Assembly (NCBI GenBank): GCA_918797485.1
Contig: CAKKNE010000003.1
Location: 4,526,001 to 4,590,000, forward strand
From: Pelagomonas calceolata
Lineage: Eukaryota
DNA: 64,000 nucleotides
Reading direction: 5' to 3'
Shown here: positions 29,643 through 40,649 of the stretch, one piece after another
Numbering within the stretch: position 1 is the first letter of the stretch
How the letters are laid out: each line of letters opens with the position of its first letter
Notes under the pieces: generated by a model
The model's database searches: none
What the model was told of the DNA's origin: nothing
What the model saw: only the letters and a program-made list of their open reading frames with translations
Position numbers and translations under genes: made by a program

Positions 29643-30491
29643 CTACTCAGTTTCGCTGGGGGCAGCGGTGCCTGGGGCTGCCGCAGCAGCGTACGTGTCA
29701 ACGCGGTTGAGTTTGGCCTCTTCGTTCGGAAACCAGTCGGTGCCGAGTTTAATGCGCGTCAAGCGCGATTGCGGAGCCCGGCGCACGTAGAAGGCAATAG
29801 AGTCGTACAAATGGATGGCGTGCAAACTGCCACCGAAGATGCTGGGTGCCGGTTGCGTCGCGTCCCGCGTCTTAAACCAGTAGTCGTGCATTGACTCAAA
29901 GGCGCTGCTTGGTAGCTTCGTGAAGTCGCTGGGCGCCTCGCAGTATGATTTGTCGCCTCCGCAGCGCGCCATGACCATGAGGTCTTCGACCACGTAGACC
30001 GATTGCGGCGCCATGCAAGAGTCATCGTCGAATAGTGCCGAGATGGTCGCCTTTACCATCGCCGCCGTGTGGCCGCCGTCATCGATGATGACATCAAAGG
30101 GTCCGTGCCTTCTGCACACCTCCTTAAGGAATGCGTTGTCGAAGACGGAACCAATTTCTACGAAGACCCCGGCACTCTCGTTCCGGGATCGCGCGCACCG
30201 CGGGTCGATGTCGACTCCGACGTAGCGCAGCAAGGTACCATAACACGTCTTCCAGGCCACCGCAGACCCACCGCTTTGGACTCCGACCTCCAGCATACGC
30301 ACTGTAGACGTCCTGCCAAGTGGTGATGGTATGTGGTGCGAATATGTATTGGCATATTCAAGCCAGCGGTCGAGGCCCCGCGCTCCATTGTAACTCTGCC
30401 AGTGTTGTAGAAGAGTGGACCCGTCCCGGCAAAAAGGCTTGGCCGCGCCACGCAGAGCAAGGCTGAGCAGGAGAGGCATCTGCATATTCAT
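29643..30491 (-). CDS. Secreted class I SAM methyltransferase (sugar O-methyltransferase-like)
   Basis: MLEVGVQSGGS; YVGVDID; FDVIIDDGGH; YVVED. Confidence 0.8.
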   Translation of the reverse strand: MNMQMPLLLSLALRGAAKPFCRDGSTLLQHWQSYNGARGLDRWLEYANTYSHHIPSPLGRTSTVRMLEVGVQSGGSAVAWKTCYGTLLRYVGVDIDPRCARSRNESAGVFVEIGSVFDNAFLKEVCRRHGPFDVIIDDGGHTAAMVKATISALFDDDSCMAPQSVYVVEDLMVMARCGGDKSYCEAPSDFTKLPSSAFESMHDYWFKTRDATQPAPSIFGGSLHAIHLYDSIAFYVRRAPQSRLTRIKLGTDWFPNEEAKLNRVDTYAAAAAPGTAAPSETE

Positions 30492-30641
30492 CGAGCCTGC
30501 TCGCGCTAGCCAGACACGGACGACTTAGTTTCCATGCATGACATTGTTTACTATAAGTACCTACGGTACCTACGGTACCTCGAAGCTTACCGTAGGTATC
30601 GTCCGCTAGGTCGTCTACAGGGGGTATAACTATATGGGGAG

Positions 30642-30710
30642 TAGCAAGAGTATGTCGCAGCGTTCTGTAAAGTAGCAGGGTCCTAGCTCACCAGCCAGAG
30701 GCTGGGCCTA
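30642..30710 (-). mobile_element. Copia LTR 3' end fragment
   Basis: TAGCAAGAGTATGTCGCAGCG...CAGCCAGAGGCTGGGCC. Confidence 0.85.
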
Positions 30711-30979
30711 ACCCATAAAGTAAGTTCACTTTATTTATTCCAACTTGAACTTGACTCGGAGCCTGAGGGGGGGGGGGGGGGTGGTGTAAAAACAGCCAAA
30801 TTTTAGGCCTTCCTTAATCATTTGTTTGTTTGTTTGTTTGTTTGTTTGTTTATCATGATTTATTTATGGCTTTATTTATTTAAATCTGCATGGGGTCACG
30901 GTATTCCGCGAATCTTCATTCTCAGCGAATCCCGAATCTCGAATCCCAAAAATAAGAGAGTATGTAAGATCGTGACCGC

Positions 30980-32050
30980 CTATTCGGACCTTTGTTTTGA
31001 GTCTCCGACCTTCACGGAGAGAAGACGGGCACGACCAGCTGCACGAGCGTGCCCGGGGTCGAAGCATTTCACCGGGAGAAGAGAACAGTTGTCGTGCAAG
31101 TGGCACAGCTGCAGCCCAGGAATATTCCCGCCCGTGACCCAGCGCTCAACCGACGCCGCGTTCTCGATGTATGATATCGTCTTGCGGATGTGGTGCTTGG
31201 TCGCGTTGGAAAGGCCATAGCTACGCACCAGCGACGCTGGCGCCATTGCTTGCCTTTCCTTGTCATTGACGGGGTCAGTGACGTGCAGCATGGCCGGGGC
31301 ATCGAAGGTGGCCTTGAGACCGAGGAAGCGCAGGATCGGGACGAAGGCGGAATAGTTCCGGTTCAGTGTCTCGTAGGTTACGTACAGCGCCGGGACATGT
31401 GCCCTCAGCAGGAGCTGCAAGGCGCCAGCGAACATGCCCTCGTTTTTCTGGCGCACCAGCACCATATTGTGCAGGTCAGCCTCACTGAGATTGAAAGAGT
31501 CGTCCCGGCCGCGGTGGACGATGTTCTCCGTGTTCGACGACGACATCGACATTGCCATTGGATTGATCCGCTCGAGCACGACAACCCGGATGCCCGCCCG
31601 TCGTAGGTACGGGATGTGCTCGCGCAGAGAGAGGCCCCACGACGCGCTGACGCCACAGCACTGCCAGATGAAGCCGACCGCCTGGTGGCTCCGCGTTACC
31701 CGCAGGCTTGAGTTTCCGTTGCGCTGCGCCTCGGCCTCGTCAAAGGGGCAGACCCCCGCCGTCGCGCCGCGCAGGCAGACGCAGTCGCGGAAAGCTGCCC
31801 AATCCGCGTCACGGAAGCCGAACATGCTGTCTAGCTCCTCCTCGGGGGGCGGGCGCGGCAACCCTTGCAGTGCGCACATGTCGCGGCTGAACATCTCGTT
31901 ACCCATGATAACGCCCAGATATGTCATCACCTCGCGGAAGAAATGCGTGCCACTGTGCTGGTGAGACAGCAACGCGAAACGAATGGGATACGCGCCGCAC
32001 TGCGTAGCACACCACATCAGCGACATCAGTTGAGGTACGCTGCCCATCAC
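30980..32050 (-). CDS. Sulfotransferase-like protein (Stf0-like)
   Basis: LLSHQHSGTHFF (5'-PSB-like loop); VVVLERIN; YVTYETL. Confidence 0.6.
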   Translation of the reverse strand: MMGSVPQLMSLMWCATQCGAYPIRFALLSHQHSGTHFFREVMTYLGVIMGNEMFSRDMCALQGLPRPPPEEELDSMFGFRDADWAAFRDCVCLRGATAGVCPFDEAEAQRNGNSSLRVTRSHQAVGFIWQCCGVSASWGLSLREHIPYLRRAGIRVVVLERINPMAMSMSSSNTENIVHRGRDDSFNLSEADLHNMVLVRQKNEGMFAGALQLLLRAHVPALYVTYETLNRNYSAFVPILRFLGLKATFDAPAMLHVTDPVNDKERQAMAPASLVRSYGLSNATKHHIRKTISYIENAASVERWVTGGNIPGLQLCHLHDNCSLLPVKCFDPGHARAAGRARLLSVKVGDSKQRSE

Positions 32051-32532
32051 AGCGCAATGGCTGTCGATGTAGAAACCCGCGAGCTCAGGAGGCCCGGGGC
32101 TCGATCGCTAGTGATTTAGCTTTAGCTTTGTCTTAGACTCTACAGCCTTAGTGCTCGTCAGGTTGCTCCAAACAGCGCCACCTCTTCTGCGTTTCGCCCA
32201 CAGCAACGACGCACGACACGCTTTTCGTTTGGTTAGGGCGATGCACTGGCGGCCGGCGCGAGGATGTACGCACGGTAGAGCAAAGACTCGGCGTTGCTCG
32301 GCTCGGCGCTGCAGAAAGCTAGTAGGAAAACCACGCACCTTGGTGAAATGTAACGTTGCCAGAGCCTGAGTCCATGAGACGGGGGCGGACCCCAAGGTAC
32401 CCATCCACTTTGGCCCCCAAAAGCTACGCCCCGCCTCACGCGTGCACGGGGCAGCATAGTCAGTTGAAATCCTGTGATTGGTTCCGCATCAGGACTGCCC
32501 AAGAGAAGAGATGATGCATAACACTTAAACCG

Positions 32533-35500
32533 ATGCACACCGCGCTCGCGGCGTGGGTGGCCGTGCTGGCCGCCGCCCTCGGACAGAGCGAGCCCGCGCC
32601 TTGCGCCTCATCGTTCGCCCTGGAGTCCCACGCCGGCGCAGCCCACCACGGCGACGTCTGCCGCGGCCCGAAGGGCGCCTGGCAATGTCCGCGCGGCTGC
32701 GCGACCAGCGCTACCGGGCCATTGTGCGTCGAGGACGGCCGCCCATGCCGGCGGCCCGCGGCGTGCCTCGGCCGCGCCGCGCTCGTCGCCGGGCGCGGCT
32801 CCCGCGGCGATGCGTGCGTCGTCGCGCAGGAGAAGAAGCCCGACGTGTGGTCGTGCCCGACCGACTGCGCGGCTGTCGCGGCGCCAAGCGACCCTGGCCG
32901 ACGCGTCGCGTGCATTCGCGCCGACGGGCAGCCGTGCGTCTCGCACGCGCGGCGGTCCCCGTGCCGGGACAACGCGACGAACGCGACGGAGCTCGAGTGG
33001 CACGATGAACGCTGGCATGGTGATGTCTGCCGCGAGCCCGACGGTAACTTCCATTGCCCCGTCGACTGCTCGCGGACCCACGGGAGCCGTCCGCCGTACT
33101 GTCTCAAGGCGCGCGTGGCGACGAAGCCGTGCCGTACGAATTTTGGACCCGCGCGGCCTTGGGGCAAGCCGAAGCCAAAGGTCCTGCCCGGCTGGGGCTT
33201 CGAGCAGCCGTACTCGCTGGCCTGCGTCGGCAGACCCTGCGATGTAGTGAAGGCGACGTCCCTGGACATCGTCGTCGCCGCGTACGACTACGGAACGGCG
33301 CCCGTCGTCATGGCGGTCGCTGCGGCGGCGCCGGCGCGCGTCGCGCCGGTCCGCGCGTTCCTCTACTGCAAGGGGCCCGCCGGCTGCGACCCCGCGGACG
33401 TCGCCGCGGTCCGGGCGCTCGAGCGCGTGGCTTCCGTGGAAGCCATCCCATTGCCGAACGTCGGGCGTTGCGACCACGCGTACGCGACGCACGCGGTGCG
33501 GCGCCGCGACGACCTCGCGGACGCGACGTTATTTCTCAAGGACACGACGCCCTGGCACGTCCACTTGGGTTCGATGGTCAACGTCCTCGGCCTGGCGCGC
33601 GCGCTCCCGGCGAACCTCGAGGCGTTCTGCGCGCGCGCCCCTATCTCCGAAACCCTCGCGTTCGAGCTGCCGACGTACGAGTCGGAGCAGTGCTACCGCT
33701 TCGGAAAATGCTACGCCGACGAGTCGTACCAGCGGGCGTCCGTGCGCCCGCTCGGCGCCTGGCTCACGGCGCGCGCGGGCGTCCGCGTCGGCGAGCGCGG
33801 CGTCGCGGCGTGCCTTGGCGGCGCCTTCGGCGCGGGCCGCGAGGCTATTAGGAGGACGCCGGCCGCAACTTATGCGGCGCTCGCTTCGGAATTGTCCGCG
33901 GGCGACTCGCTCGAGGCGGGCCACTTCGCCGAGCGGGCCTGGTTTGCGTTCTTCGGCGTCGCGCGGTTGCCGCCGCTCGTGCGGAACCGCGCCGTCGTCT
34001 ACGCGTTTGGTGATGCCGCCGGCCTGGACCTGCCATCGGACAGAGCGGGTCGTGACGACGGCTGGGACTACCTCTACTTTGTTCGTGAAGACGCAGCCTC
34101 AACGAAAGCGCCGCGCGGCTGGCGCCTCGTCTTCTCGCGCACGCCGGCAACGACCCTCAAGGCCGCGCCGCACCGCGACCCGCACCTCGCGGCCTACGCC
34201 CACAGCCTCTACGTCGAGGCGCGGCCCGACGTTCGCGCGGCCGCCGAGGCCGTCGCGACGGCGCTCTCCGCGGGCGCGTCGGTCGCGTTGCGGCGGCGCG
34301 CCGTCTGCTGTGCGGGCCACCGCGGTGCGCGCGCGCGCCTCGCCGACGAGGCGCTCTTGTGCGGCGCCGGCGCCGGCGCCGGCGCCGTCGCGGCCGCGCG
34401 GCGCGCGGCGGCCCGGTCGCGCGGGCCAGCGTACGCGTCGACCTTCGTCTTACGGAGACACACGGAGGCGGCGGCGGCCTTCAACGAGCGCTGGCTTGCC
34501 CGAATCACGGAGCTCGGTCCGGAGTTCGCCGACGTCGCGCTGATGGCGGCGGCCGCCGCGAGCGGCGGGACCGTCGCGGCGGCAGACGAGGCCATCGTCG
34601 ACGAGCGGCCCGGCGCGGCGCCGGCGCTGGCGGCGCGTCGGCGTCAACCGCCCGCGACCTGGGTCTTCCTCGCGACCGCGGATAGTAGTGAGGCGTGGGC
34701 CGCGATGGCGAAGCGGGCCGTCGCGTCGGCGCGCGCGCGGACGTCGCTCGAACACATTGTGTGCGTCTTCCGCGGCGGGCGAGACGCGGCCCTGGCGCGC
34801 TGGCTCGAGGGCGCCGGCGTCGAGGTGCTCTACCACGACGCGCCGGCGTGGGCCGGCCGCGTGTCCGAGGCCCTCTCGACGAAGGCGGGCCGCGACAACG
34901 TCCGCTTCTCGCCTTTGTACGAGTCGGCGTCGGCCCTCGCCGCCACCTTTCTCCGCGTCGACATTCCGCTCCTGCTGGACCCCCGGAAGCACGGCGAAAT
35001 TGTATTATACGCGGACACCGACGTCGCGTTCCTGCGCGATGTTAGAAGGGAGGACTTCGGCGCGGGCGCGGACCCGGCCTACTTCACCATGGGCGCCGAG
35101 TTCATGGAACCCCCCATCTACGGCAACGCCGGCGTCATGCTCCTCAACTTAATAGGTTTACGACGGACGTACGCGGCCTTTGCGGACTGGACCTTCTCCG
35201 ACGCGAACGTCAGGCGGGGCCTGCACTTTGGCAAGTTCGGTCCCGGCGACCAGGGCGCCTACGCCGAATTCTACGAGGGCGCTTTTGCCGTCGTGCGCTC
35301 GCCTTCCTTCAACTGGCGGCCGTACTGGCGCGCGCGGTGGGCCGACCCGGCGATCCTCCACTTCCACGGGCCGAAGCCCGACGATTACAGAGAAGCACTG
35401 GGCGGCGGCGCGGCGAAACCGCCCCTCGCGTGGCGCGCCATCCTCAAGCGCTGCCGCGGCCGCGGCGGCGCGCCGTGCGCCGACTGGCTCCGGATTTATG

Positions 35501-35682
35501 ATTGTCTGCCTGAGGAGGTCGGCGACGTCCCGACGCCCGCGTGCGCCGCGCTGTTGGCGCCGCGGCGCGGGCCGCCCGCGGGCGCCGCATTCGCAGCGGT
35601 CCTCTTCCTTCTCGGGTGCTGGTGCTCCCGGCGCCTAGGCGTCCTCCCGCGGTGGCGACGGAGCCCATCCACGGCCCTTTAA
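32533..35682 (+). CDS. Multi-domain membrane protein: Cys-rich repeats + DUF3431-like + GT8-like glycosyltransferase
   Basis: 1049-aa ORF; signal peptide; LPNVGRCDHAY, LEAGHFAERAW; FLRVDIP, VLYADTDVAF, NAGVMLLN, DQGA, HFHGPKP; C-terminal TM. Confidence 0.8.
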   Translation: MHTALAAWVAVLAAALGQSEPAPCASSFALESHAGAAHHGDVCRGPKGAWQCPRGCATSATGPLCVEDGRPCRRPAACLGRAALVAGRGSRGDACVVAQEKKPDVWSCPTDCAAVAAPSDPGRRVACIRADGQPCVSHARRSPCRDNATNATELEWHDERWHGDVCREPDGNFHCPVDCSRTHGSRPPYCLKARVATKPCRTNFGPARPWGKPKPKVLPGWGFEQPYSLACVGRPCDVVKATSLDIVVAAYDYGTAPVVMAVAAAAPARVAPVRAFLYCKGPAGCDPADVAAVRALERVASVEAIPLPNVGRCDHAYATHAVRRRDDLADATLFLKDTTPWHVHLGSMVNVLGLARALPANLEAFCARAPISETLAFELPTYESEQCYRFGKCYADESYQRASVRPLGAWLTARAGVRVGERGVAACLGGAFGAGREAIRRTPAATYAALASELSAGDSLEAGHFAERAWFAFFGVARLPPLVRNRAVVYAFGDAAGLDLPSDRAGRDDGWDYLYFVREDAASTKAPRGWRLVFSRTPATTLKAAPHRDPHLAAYAHSLYVEARPDVRAAAEAVATALSAGASVALRRRAVCCAGHRGARARLADEALLCGAGAGAGAVAAARRAAARSRGPAYASTFVLRRHTEAAAAFNERWLARITELGPEFADVALMAAAAASGGTVAAADEAIVDERPGAAPALAARRRQPPATWVFLATADSSEAWAAMAKRAVASARARTSLEHIVCVFRGGRDAALARWLEGAGVEVLYHDAPAWAGRVSEALSTKAGRDNVRFSPLYESASALAATFLRVDIPLLLDPRKHGEIVLYADTDVAFLRDVRREDFGAGADPAYFTMGAEFMEPPIYGNAGVMLLNLIGLRRTYAAFADWTFSDANVRRGLHFGKFGPGDQGAYAEFYEGAFAVVRSPSFNWRPYWRARWADPAILHFHGPKPDDYREALGGGAAKPPLAWRAILKRCRGRGGAPCADWLRIYDCLPEEVGDVPTPACAALLAPRRGPPAGAAFAAVLFLLGCWCSRRLGVLPRWRRSPSTAL

Positions 35683-36097
35683 TAATGTAAAAAGATTGCT
35701 GTCTTTATCTTTGGACCTCGGGAACCAACAGCTAGCCTGTAGAACCGGACCTGATCATTGCCTCGCACGTTGCACCTGCCGTCTGTCGGACTTCCTATAC
35801 ATACTCCCCACCTAGGCCCTCAGCCTATATAAGGCCGCATACCTACGTACCTGCTACTGCCAATACTGCGGTATGATATGGCACGTATGCTTGTATTTAC
35901 GTCTATGGAACTCCCGGGGTTCAACGTCCGAGTCAAGCTCTCTACTCACGAGCTACGCCGCATCCGCGACGAGATCCGAAGCCTACCGCCGTGCACACAC
36001 TACTAGACTGGCAGCGGGCCGCGTCGCCGTTTGGAAAATCGTTAAACACTCTCAGGCTTCGTCAGCCTGAGGCCCGGGCCCGGGAGGCGGAACCTTG

Positions 36098-36444
36098 TGG
36101 GCCCATAACCTAGCAAGAGTATGTCGCAGCGTTGCGTAAATTAGCAACGGCGCTATTAAGCTTCCTCGTAGGGCTGGGCCAACCTAACTACGAGAGTGTT
36201 TTATAGCAAATTGTTGTTATATGTATTGGTCGCTCCTATTGAATCAGCACCGGGCCTCACAGGACTTGGATTTATCAGATCAAAAAGTGACACCAGTCTC
36301 TACACTTACATTGGTCCCGATGGAAAATGGTGCGCGATTGCAGTATTCGTAGATGACCTCCTAATCACTGGGACCGGGACCAGCACCACCAAGATAGACG
36401 AACTACGTACATAGGGTAGGAAGGGCTAGTAGGTTTCTCTCTCT
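36098..36444. mobile_element. Minus-strand copia LTR with PBS, interrupted by a plus-strand copia reverse-transcriptase fragment (~36255-36410)
   Basis: PBS 36098-36110; LGFIRSKSDTSLY...AVFVDDLLITG is a copia RT motif; LTR start at 36411-36444. Confidence 0.85.
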
Positions 36445-37020
36445 ACTACGGTACCTACGGTACCTACGGTACCTACCTACGGTACGGTACCTGCGGTACC
36501 TAGCTCTACGGTACCATGGTGCCTATGGCAGCTGATGGCGTGCAATGGCTGGCCCTACGTCGCACGTCTTAATTTGAATTCTTGAACGCACTTGCAGTCC
36601 AGTTTTGGGTACACCTCCTCAAACAACTGCACAATCCGTGGCAATCCGTGGCTTGTCCGGCCGGCGCGCCATGACGCCCGACGCCGACGAGCCAGCGCCC
36701 GCTGCTCCTCCGTCCGCGTCGCGCGCCGCGTCCGCTCGAAATCTTACAAGTACCGTGCTCTTTACGCGCCGCGGCGCGGGCCTCCAAAAGGGAGTCGCCC
36801 AGCAGTGCGCCTCGCGGCCCAGGATTGGCGCGGAAGAAGGAGGTCTTCGTCGCATCTAAACCGTTGCCGCGCGCCTTAGCCACGCGCCGCAGCGACCTGT
36901 CTCAGCGGCACACCCGCGCAGGCGCTTCGGTGCGCGGCCGCGCCTCGAGTCATCATTTTGTTCGCGCGGGCCGGACGATGAGAGAATCGCGACCTCACGG
37001 TCACGGCCGAATTTGATAGC

Positions 37021-37731
37021 GTGTGGACGAGCGTTTGTGCGTGTCTGACGGCCCCCCGGCGCGTCCCACAACCCGCCGCCGCCGCCCGCCCGCACTCGTC
37101 TCATGATAAGACTGCCGCCGCAGGCCGTGAGAAGTGGGCGTTCGACCCGGAGAGCGTGGGTCAGGCGCGGGCGGCGCGGACGCGGCGCGCGGACGTGGCG
37201 CGGTGGGCGACCGACGCGCTGCCGGCTGCGGTGGAGCGGGAGGCGTGCGGTGTCGTCTTCCGCGAGGCCAATGGTTCGGCCTGCGTCGTCTTCGCGTTCG
37301 AGGGCGGTGCGAACGTCGTCGTCGACCTGCCCGAGACGACGCGGGGCGCGGTCTACCGCGCGGTGCTCAAACACGCGGACGCGCTGCTGGCCGCGCGCGC
37401 GGGCGCGCCGCCGCCGCCGCTTTCAGCGCCGCGGCGCGACGACGCGTGCCTCGCGGCGCTGCTTTCGGCGTGTTGCGTGGTGTGCGTTCGGCGTGCGGGG
37501 CGCGAGGCCGCCGCGGCCGCCTTTCTCGCGGCCGGCGTCGCGCTGCTCGCGTACGCGTCGGGGGCGGCCGCCGCGCGCGCGGCGGCGGGTCGGCGGCGCC
37601 GCGGTGGCAGGCCACGGCCCTCGACGGCAGCCACGCGCAAGCGGGGCGCCGTGACGCTCCTCGGCCACAAGGCGCTACGGGGCTGCCCGTGCTGCGACTT
37701 CTCGATCGACGGCGGCGATTTGTTCGGGTGA
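37021..37731 (+). CDS. Hypothetical membrane protein
   Basis: GC-rich ORF with two hydrophobic segments; no recognised motif; start uncertain. Confidence 0.35.
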   Translation: MWTSVCACLTAPRRVPQPAAAARPHSSHDKTAAAGREKWAFDPESVGQARAARTRRADVARWATDALPAAVEREACGVVFREANGSACVVFAFEGGANVVVDLPETTRGAVYRAVLKHADALLAARAGAPPPPLSAPRRDDACLAALLSACCVVCVRRAGREAAAAAFLAAGVALLAYASGAAAARAAAGRRRRGGRPRPSTAATRKRGAVTLLGHKALRGCPCCDFSIDGGDLFG

Positions 37732-38506
37732 CTCGGATAATCTGTGAACTTTCTTGATCTCTGGACGGGTAGTACGACCGGCCAGACGACGCGCAGTAGT
37801 ATAGGGTCCTGCAGGGGTGCCCCGCACGATGCTACCAGACAACATGACAGATTGGCGCAGCGGACCACCTCTCGGACCGACCGACCTCTCTAGTAGGGGG
37901 GTAGGGTCTAGTAGGGGGGTCTCGGCTCAGGCTCTCGGCTCGCCGGGGGCTGCCCCTACCCCCCTACTAAGCCTCCTACTAGCTGCCACGTATCCTACTA
38001 GCCCCCCGTGGATCCCATATGGGATACTAGGATTGGGAGGGCCGTCTGGGTCCCACGTGGGTCCCACGCGGCCGGGGTCCAGCGAGGGGGGTATGACTGA
38101 CGCGACCTCATACGAAACCCGTCCAGTTCCTTATTCACGAGCGACATGCAGCCGTTTGAGTATCGTTCGGTTCGATACTGGCCCGAAGAGATCGATACGA
38201 CACTTACTGGGGGGCGAAAAAAATAATTTTTTCAATTCAATAAGTTCGCGACATTGACGGTCCCGCCATGGGTCTGGAGCCTTTCCCGCGCCCACGCGCC
38301 ATCGACAAATGTATACTGGCGGATTACAATATGAGGTCCTCCTTCAGACCAACCGACCTGGTCCTGTTGTCTAGTACCATCGTGCGGGGGTCCTGTTGAG
38401 CAAGGTATAAGTATACCCAGTAGTGCCCGCTTGTACCGCAGTACCGTGGTACCAGCATAGCTACCGTGGTACTGGGTGAGATCTCGGGAGGCTTCTAAGC
38501 TTTAGG

Positions 38507-39599
38507 ATGCGCGGCGCGCTGGTTGCCGTCGCCGCCGGCGCGGCCGCGTGGGCGCCCGCGTTTCGTTACGACGCGCTGCCGCGACGACCCACCAGACGCG
38601 CTGCCGCGACGACCCACGGGGACCAGATAGTCGTGGCCCTGACGCGCGAGGCCGGCAAGAACGGCGGCCTCGCGCGCGCGCTCGCCGAGCATCACATAGA
38701 AACGGTCGAGGTGCCCTGCGTCTCCACCCAGAGGACGCCCCAGATGGACGCCCTTCTTGATAGCGCGCTGCTTTTTGCAGAAGACCCCTGGGACTGGGTC
38801 GTCGTGACGTCGCCCGAGGCCGCCAAGACGTTTGGCGCGGCGGTCGCGCGCGCGGGCCTCGGCGCGACGCGCGATGCGAAATGGAGGGCCTTCCGGCTCG
38901 CGGCCGTCGGCGGCGCGACGGCCGCGGCGCTGGACGCGTGTCAGGATTTGAGGCCGTGGCGCGGGAGTTCGTTCACGCCCGCGACGGCGACGGCCGCCGC
39001 ACTTGCGAAGGCGCTGCCCGACGACTCGGGCCGGCGCGTGCTCTTCCCCGCGTCGGCGCTCGCCGCGCCGACCTGTGTGGAAATCAAAATTTTACGGCGC
39101 GTTCGTGCTGAATCATCGCGTCGACCTCCACGCCATCGACGCGACACCTGCTCGATGGCGTGGCGATGTCGGTTCTTCACCGCTCGACGGAGCCAGCGCG
39201 GCCACGTCATCGCCGAGAAATGACTTAGTGAAGAATTGTCGGGTGCACCCGACACACTGGTTGATTTCCACACAGGCGCCGACGCTCGAGGAAGGGCTCA
39301 AGGAGAGAAACTTCGCCGTGACACGCGTCGACGCGTACACGACGGCGCCGGCGCCGTGGTCTCCTGAAGATGCCGCGGCGGCGGCCTCCGCGGATGTCGT
39401 CGCCGTCGGCTCGCCGTCCGCCGCGCGCGTCTGGGCCGCGCGCGCTTCCGTGAACGTCCGCGCCGCGTGCGTCGGCGCGACGTCGGCCGACGCGTGCGTC
39501 GAACTGGGCTTCGGGCGGGACCGCGTCTTCGCGCCGGCGAAGCCGGGCCTCGCGGGCTGGGCGGGCGCGGTGCGGGACGCCGTCGCGGCGCTCGCCTAG
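38507..39599 (+). CDS. hemD: Uroporphyrinogen-III synthase, plastid-targeted; intron 39065-39275
   Basis: VALTREAGKN, WVVVTSPEAA, LAAVGGATA, VLFPASALA|APTLEEGL, RVDAYTT, VGSPSA. Confidence 0.9.
39073..39275 (+). mobile_element. Introner element (best-preserved copy)
   Basis: Perfect 15-bp TIR CTGTGTGGAAATCAA; 8-bp TSD GCGCCGAC; removing one TSD plus the element restores the frame. Confidence 0.95.
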
Positions 39600-39674
39600 A
39601 GTCGCTCCGGAGCTGACGAGGGCGTCGCCTTGCGGACGGGGGCGCGAAGCTCGTAAGGGGTATGTAGGCAGTTT

Positions 39675-40451
39675 CTAGAAGCGGGGGTTGAGGATGCCGA
39701 CGCGCTCCGTCAGGCCCGTCGCGCTCGCGTCGAAGCGCGTCGGGCGCAGGTGCAGGACGGCGGCGAGCGCCGGGAGCGCGCCCGCCTCGGCGGCCTCCCG
39801 GTGCGTCCAGGATTGTGTAGCGCCGTCGCCGAACACGCGCGCGAGGGGCGCGTCGTCGGCGAGCGGCGGTAGTTCAAGCGGCCGCGCGTCGAGGGCCAGA
39901 AGGTGCTGGTAGTTGTGCGAGGCGGGCTGCATGTCCAACGCCGTGGACACAAAACACTTGAGCGAGGGCACCGCCGGCGAGAAGAAGGCCCGGGCGGTCC
40001 GCGACGCGTAGCCGCCGAACCCGGGCACCGCCTCGCGGAGCAGCTCGAGCTGCTCGTCCGAGCCGTCGTGCACGACGACGCGGGCCTCGGCCTCGTTCAG
40101 CGCGTCCCGGACGCCACGGGCGCCCAGCGCCGCGTCCACCCGGCAGCTCACGACGCCGGACACGGCGGCCGCCAGTTCGATGCAGTGCTGCTCGGGCGCG
40201 TCCGGAGAAAGCAGGCTCGCGACGGCGTCGCCCGCCTGGACGCCGAACTCCGCGAGCCCGCGCGCCAGACCGTCGCCGTAGCGCTTCGCGTCGCGCACGG
40301 TCCACTTCATCGCGCCGTACTGGAGCACCTCCGTCTCGCCACGATCCTCAACCAAGTCCGCAAGCCGCGCGCGCAGTGCTCCGAGGCCCCGTCGCGGCGC
40401 CGCGATAACAGCTGCGCGCGGCGCGGCTTTGCGGAGGGCCCGCGCGATCAT
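39675..40451 (-). CDS. Short AMP-binding/acyl-CoA synthetase-like protein, probably mitochondrial
   Basis: Arg/Ala-rich presequence; WTVRD..LARGLAEFGVQAGDAV; no clear catalytic P-loop. Confidence 0.6.
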   Translation of the reverse strand: MIARALRKAAPRAAVIAAPRRGLGALRARLADLVEDRGETEVLQYGAMKWTVRDAKRYGDGLARGLAEFGVQAGDAVASLLSPDAPEQHCIELAAAVSGVVSCRVDAALGARGVRDALNEAEARVVVHDGSDEQLELLREAVPGFGGYASRTARAFFSPAVPSLKCFVSTALDMQPASHNYQHLLALDARPLELPPLADDAPLARVFGDGATQSWTHREAAEAGALPALAAVLHLRPTRFDASATGLTERVGILNPRF

Positions 40452-40649
40452 CCTGTGGTGCGCTTATCACCCTCGAGGTCTCCAAATGCTGTCGACGTAG
40501 TAAACCCGCGAGCTCTGGAGGCTCGAGGCTCAATCGCCAGTGAATTATCTGAATCGCCAGTGAATTATCTGAGCTCCCCACGAGCCTAGCGGGCTGAAAG
40601 ACTCTAGCGAACATCACCCTGCAGCTGAGCCCAGGCACCCAGCCCAGGC

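Noticed and set aside
30766..30881. Poly-G tract and (TTTG)n/(TTTA)n runs
   Set aside because: Ordinary simple repeats; possibly retroelement tails, but no element could be attached.
73..36444. Recurring ~200-bp repeat between genes read as a CRISPR array or integron attC cassettes
   Set aside because: PBS, PPT, 5-bp TSDs and a copia RT fragment identify it as an LTR; orientation is mixed; no cas gene or integron integrase is present; the DNA has spliceosomal introns.
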